DNA of 35,889 nucleotides from the NCBI RefSeq assembly GCF_004010195.1, contig NC_057718.1, positions 95,978,354-96,014,242 on the forward strand, given 5' to 3'. Below, piece by piece: positions 1-10,204 of the stretch. Origin of the DNA: Chiloscyllium plagiosum (Eukaryota). The translations under genes and the position numbers were made by a program. Numbering within the stretch: the first letter of the stretch is position 1; each line of letters starts with the position of its first letter. A model generated the notes under the pieces. The model saw nothing but the letters and a program-made list of their open reading frames with translations, made no database searches and was not told the DNA's origin.

Positions 1-122
1 TTAGGTGCATTAGTCAGGGGTAAATATAGGGTAGGGGAATGGCTCCAGGTGGGTTACACTTTGGAGGGTCAGTGTGGACTTGCTGGGAGTAAGGGCCTGT
101 TTCCATACTGCAGAGAATCTAA
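1..122 (+). mobile_element. HE1 SINE (V-SINE), 3' portion, cut by window start
   Basis: Matches the 3' half of the full copies at 8065 and 20000 (ttaggtgcattagtcaggggtaaat...gggcctgtttccatactg...aatctaa). Confidence 0.9.
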
Positions 123-621
123 CCAATACTTCTACAAACCGTTGGCCTTTCCTTTTGGGTGCCAGTTTTCTTCATGTTTCATGAAATATTTCTATGGCTA
201 ACATTTCATCACTAACATGATTATCACCTTAGCTCCACTGATATGCCATTAAGAAAGATGAAAGAACAGAATTATCTATACAACACATTTTAAACTCAGA
301 GTAAAAGTCAGCCCATGATGTTCTCATCTTGTTGAGATGATACAATTGGAACAAAATGCAATTCAGTCTTGACTTCATATCTTTCTGAGTGAATTCAGCT
401 TTACTTAAGGATTTGATTTCCGGTTCAGTGGTGCTTCCAGGTTTGAGATGCCATTGCCAACAAAATCCAAGGGTGCGCATCATGTTAGGAAAAACAACAA
501 CAACTTATAAAGCCCTTTTAGCATATTAAACACCCCAAAAGGTATGCAGGGGTATTAGGAAACAAGCCATCATAACATAATGTGATACTGGACCAGTTGG
601 CCAATAGTTTGGTCAAAGAAA

Positions 622-748
622 ATAAAAGCCATGATCTGCGGATGCTGGAACTCTGAAATAAAAGGGGAAAATGCTGTAGAAACTCATCAGATCATGCAGC
701 ATCAGTTAACATTTCGATCCAATATAACCCTTCTTGTGAACTCTGAAG
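622..748 (-). mobile_element. Penelope-like terminal repeat relic (older subfamily)
   Basis: ctgcggatgctggaactctgaaataaaa...aatgctgtagaaactcatcag...gcagcatc...gttaacatttcg...cccttc; same layout as 31195-31297 and 26868-26968. Confidence 0.65.
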
Positions 749-859
749 TTTGGTCAAGGAATTAGGTTCAATGAGTGGCTCAAACGTGAAAAGTGAGGTG
801 AGAGGTGCAAGGAGGATTTTCCAGAGCTTGGAGACATGGCAGCTTTATACAATCCCCAG

Positions 860-1059
860 TGGGGTGCTGGAAAAGCACAGCAGGTCAGGCAGCATCCAAG
901 GAGGAGGAAAATTGACATTTTGGGTAAGAGCCCTTCATCAGGAAAGGGCTCAGGGCCAAAACGTCGATTCTCCTGCTCCTCGGATGCTGCCTGGCCTTCT
1001 GTGCTTTTCCAGAACCACACTCACGACTGTATCCAGCATCTGCAATCCTCACTTTCTCC
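860..1059. mobile_element. Penelope-derived fold-back element (two inverted terminal-repeat arms) with 12-bp TSD
   Basis: Left arm 860-943 is the reverse complement of the right arm 944-1020; flanked by TACAATCCCCAG at 848-859 and 1060-1071; arms match the terminus of the GIY-YIG-bearing element at 26138-26729. Confidence 0.85.
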
Positions 1060-1295
1060 TACAATCCCCAGCGATGAATTGGCAATGCTCAAGACATCAG
1101 AATTAGATGCGTGCAGATGATTGGAAGATTGTGGGGCTGGAGTGAATCAACCGATAGGGTATGGCAAGGCCATTGAAGTATTTAAGAACAAGGGATGAAA
1201 GTTTCACAATTAAGATATTGCTTGATTTGGAGCTGATGTAAATCACTGAGCATATGGGTTGATAAGTGAAAGGGACCTGGGCAGAGTGCCAACAT

Positions 1296-1637
1296 TTTTC
1301 TTCATTCATTGGATGAGGACTTCACTGGCTAGGCCAGCATTTATTACCCAGGGGGCAGTTTAGAGTCAGACACATGGCTGTGGGTCTGGAGTCACGTTTA
1401 GGCCAGACTAGGTAAGGACAGCAGTTTCCTTCCCTGAAGGACAATAGTGGACTAGATGGGTTTTTCCAACAATTGGTAATGGGTTCATGGTCTTCAGTAG
1501 ACTCTTAATTCCAGATTCTTGTTAGATTCAAATTCCACCATTTGCCGTGGCAGGATTCAAACCCGGGTCCCCAGAACTTGACCTGGGTCTCTGGATTAAC
1601 AGTTCAGCCATAATGCCACTCGGCCATCACCATCCCC
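1296..1637 (-). mobile_element. tRNA-derived SINE, family 'B' (not HE1), near full length
   Basis: Minus strand reads ggtgatggccgagtggcattat...gggtttgaatcc (A and B boxes) and ends in an (ATGA)n tail; homologous copies at 6994, 22165, 24352, 30262. Confidence 0.8.
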
Positions 1638-1899
1638 TGAATGTGGGCAGTGAGATTTTGAATGACTTTAACTTTATTGACTTTCACCTGTGGGAGACTG
1701 GTATACTTGACTGTATCCTGCCATTCCCAATGCCCAAAAAGCCTAAACCTACCTCAATGGACAGTGGGTTCTGGCTAACTTTGTAAAATAGTTCAGTCCA
1801 ACAAAAGCCCTCAAGCTCTTCTATAATGTAACTCCGAGTACTTGTGCACTCATCTCACCTTCATCTGCTCAGATCCCACGTTCTGGAATACCCTCTCTT

Positions 1900-2125
1900 A
1901 AATCATAGAATCCCTACAGTGTGGAAGCATGCTGTTCAGCCCACCGAATCCACACCAACTTTCCAGAGCACCTCTCACCCTGACCCACCCTACCACACTG
2001 CATATCCCATGGCAAATCCACTTAGCCTGCGCATTCCTGGAAATCATAGGCAACTTAGCATGGTTAATTGACCTAATCTGCCCATCTTTGGATCGAGGAA
2101 AGAAAGCAAGAGCACCTGGAGAAAG
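1900..2125 (-). mobile_element. HE1 SINE, diverged, 5'-truncated
   Basis: catagaatccctacagtgtggaa...ggcaacttagcatgg...catctttgga is the reverse complement of the HE1 body and tail. Confidence 0.8.
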
Positions 2126-2635
2126 ATGAGAGAAAGTCCAGTGAGGGGGATGGGTTAGAGACCAGCCCGGTGAGGGGGATGGGTTAGAGACCAGCCCGGT
2201 GAGGGGGATGGGTTAGAGACCAGCCCGGTGAGGCTGGTCAAGGAGCAGAGCAAGTGCGGGCTGCGCTGGGAGCTGAGTTGCAGGCCGGAGCCCAGAGTAG
2301 GAGCAGAGCGAGCCCAGGCCAGCTATGGGGACAAATCTTGCTGATGCTTTTGGGACAGAGATCAGAGCATGGAGGCAGCAAGGCCTCGGGTTCTGAAGTC
2401 CAGTGGGCACAGACTCAGTGAAAAAGGACTATAATTTGAGTACTTTAAAGATACTTTTTATTATAGCACTTGACTTTTGAAACTCGGTATTCCCATGCTC
2501 ATCTTTTTTTACTGTTTTGATTCTGTAACAGCACTTAAAGTATTTGTACCTTAGATGGCACCGAGAGGCGACATTACAAACTTCTCATTGCACTCGAGTG
2601 CATGTGACAATCAAAGCTATTCAATTCTATTCTAT
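2126..2635 (+). mobile_element. Non-LTR retroelement 3' end (Rex/Babar-like tail)
   Basis: GC-rich body, then T-rich tract, 14-bp palindrome TGCACTCGAGTGCA (2589-2602), tgtgacaatcaa and an (ATTCW)n tail; it truncates the adjacent HE1. Confidence 0.55.
2141..2233 (+). repeat. 29-bp minisatellite, 3.2 perfect copies
   Basis: GTGAGGGGGATGGGTTAGAGACCAGCCCG at 2141, 2170 and 2199, plus a partial unit at 2228. Confidence 0.97.
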
Positions 2636-3164
2636 ACAACTCCTTTTTCAACTTGGCACTCATTTTCTCTCAGTCTCTTTATATTATATCAAAGCTGCTT
2701 TGTAACTTTGTTATGGACTGTTATAAAAGCAAAACAACATTCGTCAGCTCACTCTCGGAACTGTTTTATATTTTGCTCTCTGCATTTGATTGCCGTTTGC
2801 AGTTTAAAACTTTAAATTCCACAGGGTTAGCAATTATCTGCCAAGTTCCTCATTCTTTACACTCTGGACTGATGGGATGTGTACCATTAGTTTGGCAATC
2901 TGTGAGATCACCACAGTTGTTGATACAAATATTTGTTTGAAGTGATTTTGAAAATGTCGATTTTTTATTTCTAGTCATGTGGCACTTGTTGCAAATTCAG
3001 AACCAGGAAATGGTGCTGAGTATCATGCGTATAAGCCACAACATTTTAGCCTCTGACCCAATGTTTAAGCTGATGACTTGACCACAAGGACCAGGAAACT
3101 AAAATAAGTTGTGTCATTCCTAATGAGCAAAGATTAGCAGCCCTCATCAGGGTTAATGCACTGC

Positions 3165-3540
3165 ATTTTTCTTTATTCATTTGGAATGGAGGTGAGGCCA
3201 GAAGTTTTTGATCATCCTGAGTTATCCATTGAGAAAGTGATAGTGAGCTGCCATCTTGAATTGCTGCAGTCTGCATGGCTAGGTACATCCACTGAGGAAG
3301 GGAGTGCTAGGATTTACACCTAGTGATAATGGAGGAATGGTGGTGTATTTCCAAGTTGCGACGATGCAGGATTTGGAGCTGCGATCTTTCAGGCGGGAGT
3401 CTTCCCATTGTATCTGACTCTCTTGTCCTTCTAGATGTTAGAGGATGGAGTCGGAAGGTTCTGTTGGTCTTGGTGGCATGTCGGAGTGCATCTTAAAGAT
3501 GGTACAGCCTACTACTGCTGTGCATTGGTGGGGAAGGGAA
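3165..3540 (-). mobile_element. LINE 3' fragment (CR1-like; partner of SINE family B)
   Basis: Reverse complement of the LINE tail at 21985-22635 (ttgagaaagtgatagtgagctgccatcttgaattgctgcagtc; tatttccaagt; cttcccattgtatctg). Confidence 0.65.
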
Positions 3541-3544
3541 TCTT

Positions 3545-3760
3545 GTCCACCATTCAGTCAAGATCATGATTGATCCAATTTGAGGCTTTCCCTACGCTTC
3601 TCTGCCTGGCCCCTGCGACCCATGACCCCATTGTAGTCCAAGAATCTGTCCAACACAGCCTTCAATAAATTCAATGACCTCCCCTGACCTCCACTGCTGT
3701 CAGAGGAAGAGACTTCCCCAAATAGAGTGACTGAAGAGAAAAAGAAAACTCTCCTCCTTT
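3545..3760 (-). mobile_element. CR1 LINE 3' fragment
   Basis: ccaccattcagtcaagatcatgattgatc...acagccttcaataaattcaatgacc...ctccactgct...gagaaaaagaaaactctcctc; similar to 26970 onward and 33470 onward. Confidence 0.65.
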
Positions 3761-4606
3761 CACTGGGAGTCATTAGGACAGAATTTGACTCAGATCTGGT
3801 TCCCCCTTGCTGCTGCCAGTATCACCATCCAAACACGAGGCAGTTGAAGGCTCGCAGCATTAATGAGCTGCTTCTGCTGCCTGTTCAATCAAACCCTACG
3901 GTGCGAGTCACCATCGAAAAGGTGCAAGTAAACATAGATCCCATTGATCTCCCTTCTCTTGTTCTGAGGGTTTTGCTTCACAATGTTGCTTGTTTACCCC
4001 TGCTGCCCCATCTTGTCATGCACTCCCATGTTCACCACTACATTTTTATGTTCCTCCCTTTGATCTTGGCACTTCTGGTTCTGTTCTATCTCTTGGCTTT
4101 GATCTCTCTATCCCTTTGCTCAGTCCGTGTGATCTTCCAGCTGTCTATTTCCATCAATAGATAGTATACATACAAATTCCAGGCTTTATCTCAACAATCC
4201 CCCAGCCCTGGATCAGTTCAACGAGGCACACTCATGTTCAGTTGCTACCACTAATGTATTATTACATTACCATTGAATGGCTGTTATCTCTTAAAATGTA
4301 ATCTTTATTTGATTAAGTTTCAAATGACTATAAATATTTAGAAGTGGTGACCAGATTGAACAAGTTACTCTGTAAGTACATTCGATGCAAATCTGGATTT
4401 AATGTTGAGACCATTTAAATGCACAGAGAGATGTAACAGTCGTAAATCTTTGCAGATTGCATGCAAAATTATTTTATTTAAAAGTCCTCATCTCCGTGCA
4501 GTTAACTTGACAGGAATTGCTGCCTGTGACACCTGTAATATGGCAGAATTACGTCAATGATTAATAAGTACAGAATTCAAGGGGAAACCAAACTCTTTAA
4601 GGAGGT

Positions 4607-4644
4607 GATTCCTGAAGAAGAGCTTATGCCCGAAACGTCGATTC
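4607..4644 (+). ncRNA. Minimal type I hammerhead ribozyme motif (helix II has one mismatch)
   Basis: CUGAAGA-A-GAGC-UUAU-GCCC-GAAAC-GUC; core boxes intact, helix II carries an A/C mismatch, helix I weak. Confidence 0.55.
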
Positions 4645-4700
4645 TCCTGTTCCTTGGATGCTGCCTGACCTGCTGCGCTTTTCCAGCAACACATTTTCAG
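4609..4700 (+). mobile_element. 92-bp Penelope terminal-repeat fragment with 16-bp TSD
   Basis: Flanked by perfect CTCTTTAAGGAGGTGA at 4593-4608 and 4701-4716; insert matches the PLE terminal repeat. Confidence 0.9.
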
Positions 4701-4719
4701 CTCTTTAAGGAGGTGAGGC

Positions 4720-5125
4720 AGGACAGACAGGGAGAATTGGTTTCCTCAGTCATGGTTTCTGGAGAGTGGACAGGAAAGTGAAGTTGAGGCTGGGACCAGT
4801 CATAATCGTATGAAATGGTGGGACAGGCTAGAGAGAGTGAATTGTCTATTCCTGCTCCTCATTCTCATGTAAACACATGGGGACAATATCTTAAAACTAG
4901 AGCTAGGCCCCTCGGAGTTAAATTGGGAAGGACTTTTCATGCAAAGGCTTAGCAGAAAATTGGCAGCCTCCTTTTCTAAAGGCTGAGGAAACTGAGACCA
5001 TTGGACCTGTCGAAATTGAGATAAAGTAGGATCAAAGGCAAAAAAAGTGAAGTCAAATTTCATATCAGCAACTACCAATTGTGAAGTAGGTTCAAGTGGA
5101 TGAATGCTTTGCTTCTTATGTTGCA
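4720..5125 (+). mobile_element. Two decayed CR1 3' tails in tandem
   Basis: cagtcataatcgtatgaaatggtgggacaggctagagagagtgaattgtctattcctgctcct, then a second tail ending ggttcaagtggatgaatgctttgcttcttatgtt. Confidence 0.5.
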
Positions 5126-6191
5126 ATGGCACCTAAAATCTGCTAGGGTTTCCATACCTGAGCACTCTGAGGCTGTGAATTCAGTCAAGGGTAGGACCAA
5201 GGCTTGGTTATGAAGAATCATACATTTGGGCAAAACATTCAGGAAGTAGGTTCATACATGAAGAGCAATTAGGGTGAGGTACCAGAATGTTGGTCGTGCC
5301 TGTTAATTATTACAGGCAGCAAGGTTTATTCAGGATGCAATCAACATGAGGAAGTAGTGTCGAGGAGTCTGACAACTCCTGTGATGTAATATCACAATCA
5401 ATTTCACAGCAAGAGAAGGGAGGTGAAAGGGTGAGAGAAATACTCATGACTAAATGTCGATTTTAGCAAGTGAAGCAATGACGGAAACAAGTTACCCAAC
5501 GTGCAGGAACAGCACAAATTTATTTGCAGGAGATGTGTGCGAATAATTTTGGAAAGCAGGTTATTTTTGTATGGGCTTTATTTTTTGGCAAATCGTTTGC
5601 GCAAATTTAATGCTGTGAAACAAATTGAAGAGAAATTTAGAAACTGAATGCAATTGTTACAAAGAGCAAGCAAGATGTATTAACAACTTGGTCACCTTGG
5701 AGAATACCACAAAGATAACCACTGATGCGAGAGATTGTTTGACTCATTTTAATCAGTCTACCTGGAAACATTCTGAATTTGCCATCACAGCAGGAATTGG
5801 TTACTCCGTGTTTTCAGGGCTTTTGCCACCTCTGTTGTAATTGTATGTGTTTTTAAAGCATCATTCAGAAACATGGAAGGCTGCATCTTACTCTTTTTTT
5901 GACTAACTGAGAGTTGTGTGGAGTTTTCATGGAGGGATTTCTACAGAGTGGCTTAATGCGCTCCTCACCATATCTTACGATCTTGCTTCTTGAATGACTT
6001 GCCCTGTTACCATGGCGCACTCACATCCAATTCCAGCTCCATCTTCTACCCATGGTTCGCAGAACATGAGGATATCCTGAAATTCGCTCACACTCCTTGC
6101 ACCTCTGCCATCTTTAAAAAGCCACTGTGCGCTCGAATAAGCACTACCAGTCTAGAGCTGCCCTGCACAGTTCTTGATATATCCCCTGGAC

Positions 6192-6750
6192 ATGACAGAC
6201 AGGAGGAAATAGGTGCCCGCTTTGTGTGCAGAGTTCTGGAAGTCCTGGTGCTTGGATGGTGCACTACAGGGCACTGTCTTCCCCACCCTGCCCCTGACCA
6301 GCATGACACCAGGCCATGCCTGCTTGGTCCAAGGTTGTCACCCATGTTAGTGTGCAGTCGTGTGAAAGATCAATGACCTTCGCTCCGTTATCGTAAGTGC
6401 CACCATCTTCTCTCTGACCTCTCACACTGACTCAATCTCTGATACTGCACCCACCTCCCCACAAGGCTCTTGTTCTCCCAGTCTCATGATTGCCTGCAAT
6501 GTCTTTCCTCACTCACTGTTACCCACTCCAATGGCCGACACCAGTATAACCTCACTGCTCCTTACTCATTCACTTGGGACACCTCACTGCCTGCACCAAA
6601 AGTTGACACCACCCACATTCATCTCGGCTAACACCTGCCTCTCTCACACATTCTGAGAGGGAAACAGCCCATAGTAGGCTGGGAAGCATAAAGATAGGGT
6701 GGCTGACATTTGGCTCCTCACTTCCTTATGTGGACAACATCCTGACTCTG
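6192..6750 (+). pseudogene. Degenerate two-exon Myb/SANT-like (NAIF1/MSANTD-type) ORF of a PIF/Harbinger transposon
   Basis: With frameshifts: MTDRRK*VP/ARF..LEVLV / TVFP / PAWSKVVTHVS / KINDL, then donor GTAAGT at 6393; second piece from 6661 reads ETAHSRLGSIKIG / ADIWLLTS, like the EKxAHNxRE..TGGG.ADIxxLTP segment of Harbinger Myb proteins. Confidence 0.6.
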
Positions 6751-6993
6751 AGTGATTTACTGACCGTTTCTCTTGTATCGGTGGCTATACTTGACTTGCT
6801 GTGCTGGGATCCCCTGAGCAAAGGATTTCCTCATCGTCTTGACTGTGGCCTGTTGCCATCCATGACAACCTTCTGCCCTTTGTGTCTGTGCTAAAAGGAC
6901 ATGGTTATTGTTGGCTGAGGGGGCAAAGTACGGGCAATGCAAGGGATGGCAGGGACAAAGTGAGTGAGTGCTATGACAGTGAGTGAACAGCCC

Positions 6994-7328
6994 GGAGATG
7001 GCGATGAATTAGTCCAGACTATTAATCCCCAGGTAATGTCCTGGAGAGCCACCTTCAATCCCATCATGGCAAATGGTGGAAGGTGACTTCAGTAGAAAAT
7101 CTGAGGTTAACTGTCCCATGATGACCATGAAACCTGCTGATTGTCAGGAGAAAATAGTCGGTTTGTGAATGCCCTTTAGAGAATTAAATCAGCCATCTTT
7201 TCCCAGTCTGGCCCACGTGTGACTCCAGACCCACAGCAATGTGGTTGATTTTCAAATGCCCTCTCTGTAATTAGGGATGGGTAATAAATCATAGCCTGGC
7301 TGGTGATGTCCATGTCTGGTGAATGAAG
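6994..7328 (+). mobile_element. SINE family B copy, diverged
   Basis: ttcaatcccatcatggcaaatggtggaa...ccagtctggcccacgtgtgactccagacccacagcaatgtggttga...ttagggatgggtaataaat...gtgaatgaa. Confidence 0.75.
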
Positions 7329-7962
7329 ATGAGAAAAAGATCCTGCCTTGGTTCAGACCATGAGATGTGTCCCTGAGCACACCATGTCCTTGCTGCAACA
7401 TTACAATGGGTGTAGATGGTGCTGCATTGAAGTGCAAAAGTGTTCTGTAAGTGGATCGGAGATGTGGCATGAGGATTCTTAGTTCTGTCACAGGTTAGAT
7501 GCCAATGTCTTTGGGGTATGTGTGGACAATTCCCATGCAATGTGCCCTGAGATATTGGCTGTCATTCAGAGCAAAAGATGAACCAAATTTGCCAAGTACC
7601 CACTTTGGTTTCTACATCAAGTCCAAGGCACACTGAGCCATTAACAAGGTGTTTCCCAAGTAGTTATCCCTCTTCACTCGCAACTCACTGCTTACTAAAA
7701 GCATAAAAGATAGAGCAAGTGTCAAGATGGGACTTGTTGGACTTCCCTCTCTGATTCTGCCAGCAATGTCAATGTAGCCCAGGATGCTTCGATTCCTTTC
7801 TGCTGAGAAAACGTAGGTACGGAACCCATGAGGGCTGTCATGCGTGTGCCAGCCTAAAGAGCTCCAATTTTCCAGCTGTCAGCTTGTAGCTTGCTACATT
7901 TCAGTAGCTCACGTGCACAAGTAGTCTTCAGATGCGGTCAATGTTTCTGGTTCCAACCAAAG

Positions 7963-8544
7963 CCTAACTCTTTCCCTAATCCTAATGTACACCCTAACCC
8001 TACCTGTAACTGCAACCTTATCTAACCATAACCCTAACCCCTAAGTTAAATGATAAATGATTGTGGGCGGCACGGTGGCACAGTGGTTAGCACTGCTGCC
8101 TCGCAGCGCCAGAGACCCGGGTTCAATTCCCAACTCAGGCGACTGACTGTGTGGAGTTTGCACATTCTCCCCGTGTCTGCGTTGGTTTCCTCCGGGTCCT
8201 CCGGTTTCCTCCCACAGTCCAAAGATGTGCAGATCAGGTGAATTGGCCATGCTAAATTGCCCGTAGTGTTAGGAATAGGGGTAAATGTAGGGGTATGGGT
8301 GGGTTGCGCTTCGGCGGGTTGGTGTGGACTTGTTGGGCCGAAGGGCCTGTTTCCATACTGTAATGTAATCTAATCTAAACCCTAACCCTAACAGTGACCC
8401 TAAACCTAGTTGCAAAGCTAAACTTATTCCCAAACCTTAACCCTATCCCTAAACTTAAACCTATCCCTAACCGTAAACCTAACTGTAACCTTAACTGAAA
8501 CATTAACCCTATCCCCAAACCTAACCCTAATCCTAACCCTAACC
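7963..8544 (-). repeat. Degenerate interstitial telomeric-like array (CCCTAA)n, about 250 bp excluding the inserted SINE
   Basis: Runs of ccctaa and 6-mer variants at 7963-8044 and 8378-8544. Confidence 0.85.
8065..8377 (+). mobile_element. HE1 SINE, full length, young
   Basis: A box TGGCACAGTGG 8076-8086, B box GGTTCAATTCC 8120-8130, V-domain (tgtgtggagtttgcacattctccccgtgtctgcg), HER1-type tail and (TAATC)n; many CpGs retained. Confidence 0.95.
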
Positions 8545-9065
8545 ATTTGGGGCAGTAAGTTCCAGATGCTACGACCCCTTCTGGGAGAAATAGATTCTTC
8601 TCAATCCTCTTGGAATGTTTTTGACAATTACTTTATGTTGACACCCCTCCTCTGGGTTATTGATATTTCTGATGAGGAATTAGTTCCTTCCTAGCCACTC
8701 AATCTCGGCCCCTTGTCATTTCTTGTAACTGAATTAACCCATCAGCCCCCTCTGTTTCAAAGAAGACAAAGTCAGCCAATCCGATTCTCCCTCACAGTCA
8801 AACATGTCCATCCCCACCAATATCTTCTTAAGTCTTCCTCATTAGCATCATATCTTCATAGCAACGTGGGGACCAATCTATTCTTAGTACTCTACTTGCA
8901 GTTCAGTCTGACCACAGGAGACGTCACACCTAAAAAGCCGGTTTGAACCTGAGCTGTCTTGGTCTGCTCCTGCAAATGAATGTAAAATAAAATTTCAGGA
9001 GTAGTGTCACTTGATTGTTGTACAGGGATAGGAACAGACTATGTAGCTGCTGTAGCCTCTTCTTC

Positions 9066-9625
9066 CATAGGTCACATACATAGATGGCACAGAAACAGGC
9101 CATTTGGCCCAACCAGTCCATGCTGCTCCTCATGCTCAACTTAAGCTTCCTCTCATCTTTTCTCATTTAGTTCTTCTAGCATAATCACCTTCCTTACCTA
9201 ATTCCCTCTTAAATGCATCTATACCACTTATTACAATCACCCCTTGTGGTAAGACATTTCCACATTCTTGCTATTCCTTGGATGAAATAGTTTTGTCTGA
9301 ATTCCTGATTGGATATCTTGGTGACTATCTTATATGGATGACCCTTGATTATGCTCTTCTCCTTAAGAACAGAAACGTTCTCCCTGTATCCACCATATCA
9401 AATCCTTTAATAAGTCTAAAGATCTTTATTAGGTCAGTCCTCAGCTTTCTCTTTTCAAGGGAGGGAGCCACAGCCTGTTGATCGATTAAACACCCATGCA
9501 TTTCTCATACCATCCTTGCAAAGCTTCTCTGTACCCTCTCTCATGCCTCTGTATCCTAGTTGTAACATGCTGACCAGAATTGCTGAATCATGGTCTAACC
9601 GTGGTCCCAAGCAGGTTTAATATGT
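9066..9625 (-). mobile_element. CR1 LINE 3' fragment
   Basis: gatggcacagaaacaggccatttggcccaaccagtccatgctg...ttaggtcagtcctcagctttctcttttc...gaccagaattg...tggtctaacc. Confidence 0.7.
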
Positions 9626-9671
9626 GTCTTCTTAAAACCAAGAAAACTTGCAAATGTCGTAGGGCCAATGA

Positions 9672-9878
9672 GTGCCTGGTTAGCTCAGATGGCTGGTTTG
9701 TAATGCAGGGTTAATGCCAACAATGTGGGTTCAATTCCTGCACCAGCTCAGGTTAATATAAAGGGCTGTCCTTCTCAATTTCTCTCCTTGCCTGAGGTAT
9801 GATGACCCTCAGGTTAAATCACCATCAATAATCCCTCTCTATCTCTAAAGAGAGAGCAGGACTATAGCAGCTATAGTC
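9672..9878 (+). mobile_element. tRNA-derived SINE, third family
   Basis: A box TAGCTCAGATGG 9681-9692, B box GGTTCAATTCC 9728-9738, internal stem CCTGAGG/CCTCAGG 9791-9813, ctctct/agagag hairpin near the tail. Confidence 0.7.
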
Positions 9879-10030
9879 GTAGAGCCATAGAGAAGTACAG
9901 CATGGAAACAGACTCTTCGGTCAAACCCATCCATGCCGACCAGATATCCTAACCCAATCTAGTCTCACCTGCCAGCACCCGGTCCATATCCCTCCAAACC
10001 CTTCCTATTCATATACCCATCCAAATGTAC
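9877..10030 (-). mobile_element. HER1 (CR1-clade) LINE 3' end
   Basis: Reverse complement of 29745-29888. Confidence 0.85.
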
Positions 10031-10204
10031 TTTTTATTGGCTGAATTCTCCTTGCGCACTTCAAACTGGTGAACCAGCAGGACTCATGTTCAATTCCAAA
10101 CATTAATGAGGTTTTTAACACGTTTCTCTCAATTCTGTGTGGAAAATAAACCTAGCACCTGGCATGCTTATTTTCTAAGGCATTATGAATTGCTGACACC
10201 AAGG

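Larger units (their letters stand above)
492..1295 (-). mobile_element. Old L2-like LINE 3' relic interrupted by two Penelope-like insertions
   Basis: Begins with an (AAC)n tail and a degenerate L2-type terminus (acttataaagccctttta); purine-rich body resembles the relic at 20915-21965. Heavily decayed. Confidence 0.35.
7870..8950 (-). mobile_element. CR1 LINE relic split by the telomeric-like array
   Basis: gtttctggttccaacca | tttggggcagtaagttccagatg...cccttctgggagaaa lines up with the uninterrupted CR1 relic at about 18840-18910 (gtttcctacacttataacctttagtcagtgagttccagata...cctgtgtgtgaaaaa). Confidence 0.55.

Noticed and set aside
229..490. 84-aa minus ORF and a possible small plus exon (GFDFRFSGASRFEMPLPTKSK)
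   Set aside because: No family resemblance; weak splice sites.
2141..2233. 29-bp repeats as a CRISPR array
   Set aside because: No spacers, eukaryotic context, no cas genes.
3135..3160. Other isolated CTGATGA boxes (3144 minus, 8669, 15287, 31366) as hammerheads or C/D snoRNAs
   Set aside because: No correctly placed GAAA/NUH with closing helices, and no C/D terminal stem.
3727..4164. Longest ORF (145 aa) with a hydrophobic C-terminus
   Set aside because: GTG start inside a CR1 relic; hydrophobicity follows from a pyrimidine-rich tract; no recognisable domain or splice structure.
4380..4470. Octamer ATGCAAAT as an immunoglobulin promoter
   Set aside because: No leader or V exon and no recombination signal sequences found; single octamers are expected by chance.
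7330..7790. Possible HARBI1-like transposase remnants (NCPHI, G*LLG on the minus strand)
   Set aside because: The motif-like pieces are in the wrong order and too short.
8065..8135. SINE heads as tRNA genes
   Set aside because: A/B boxes continue into SINE bodies; no complete cloverleaf or Pol III terminator.
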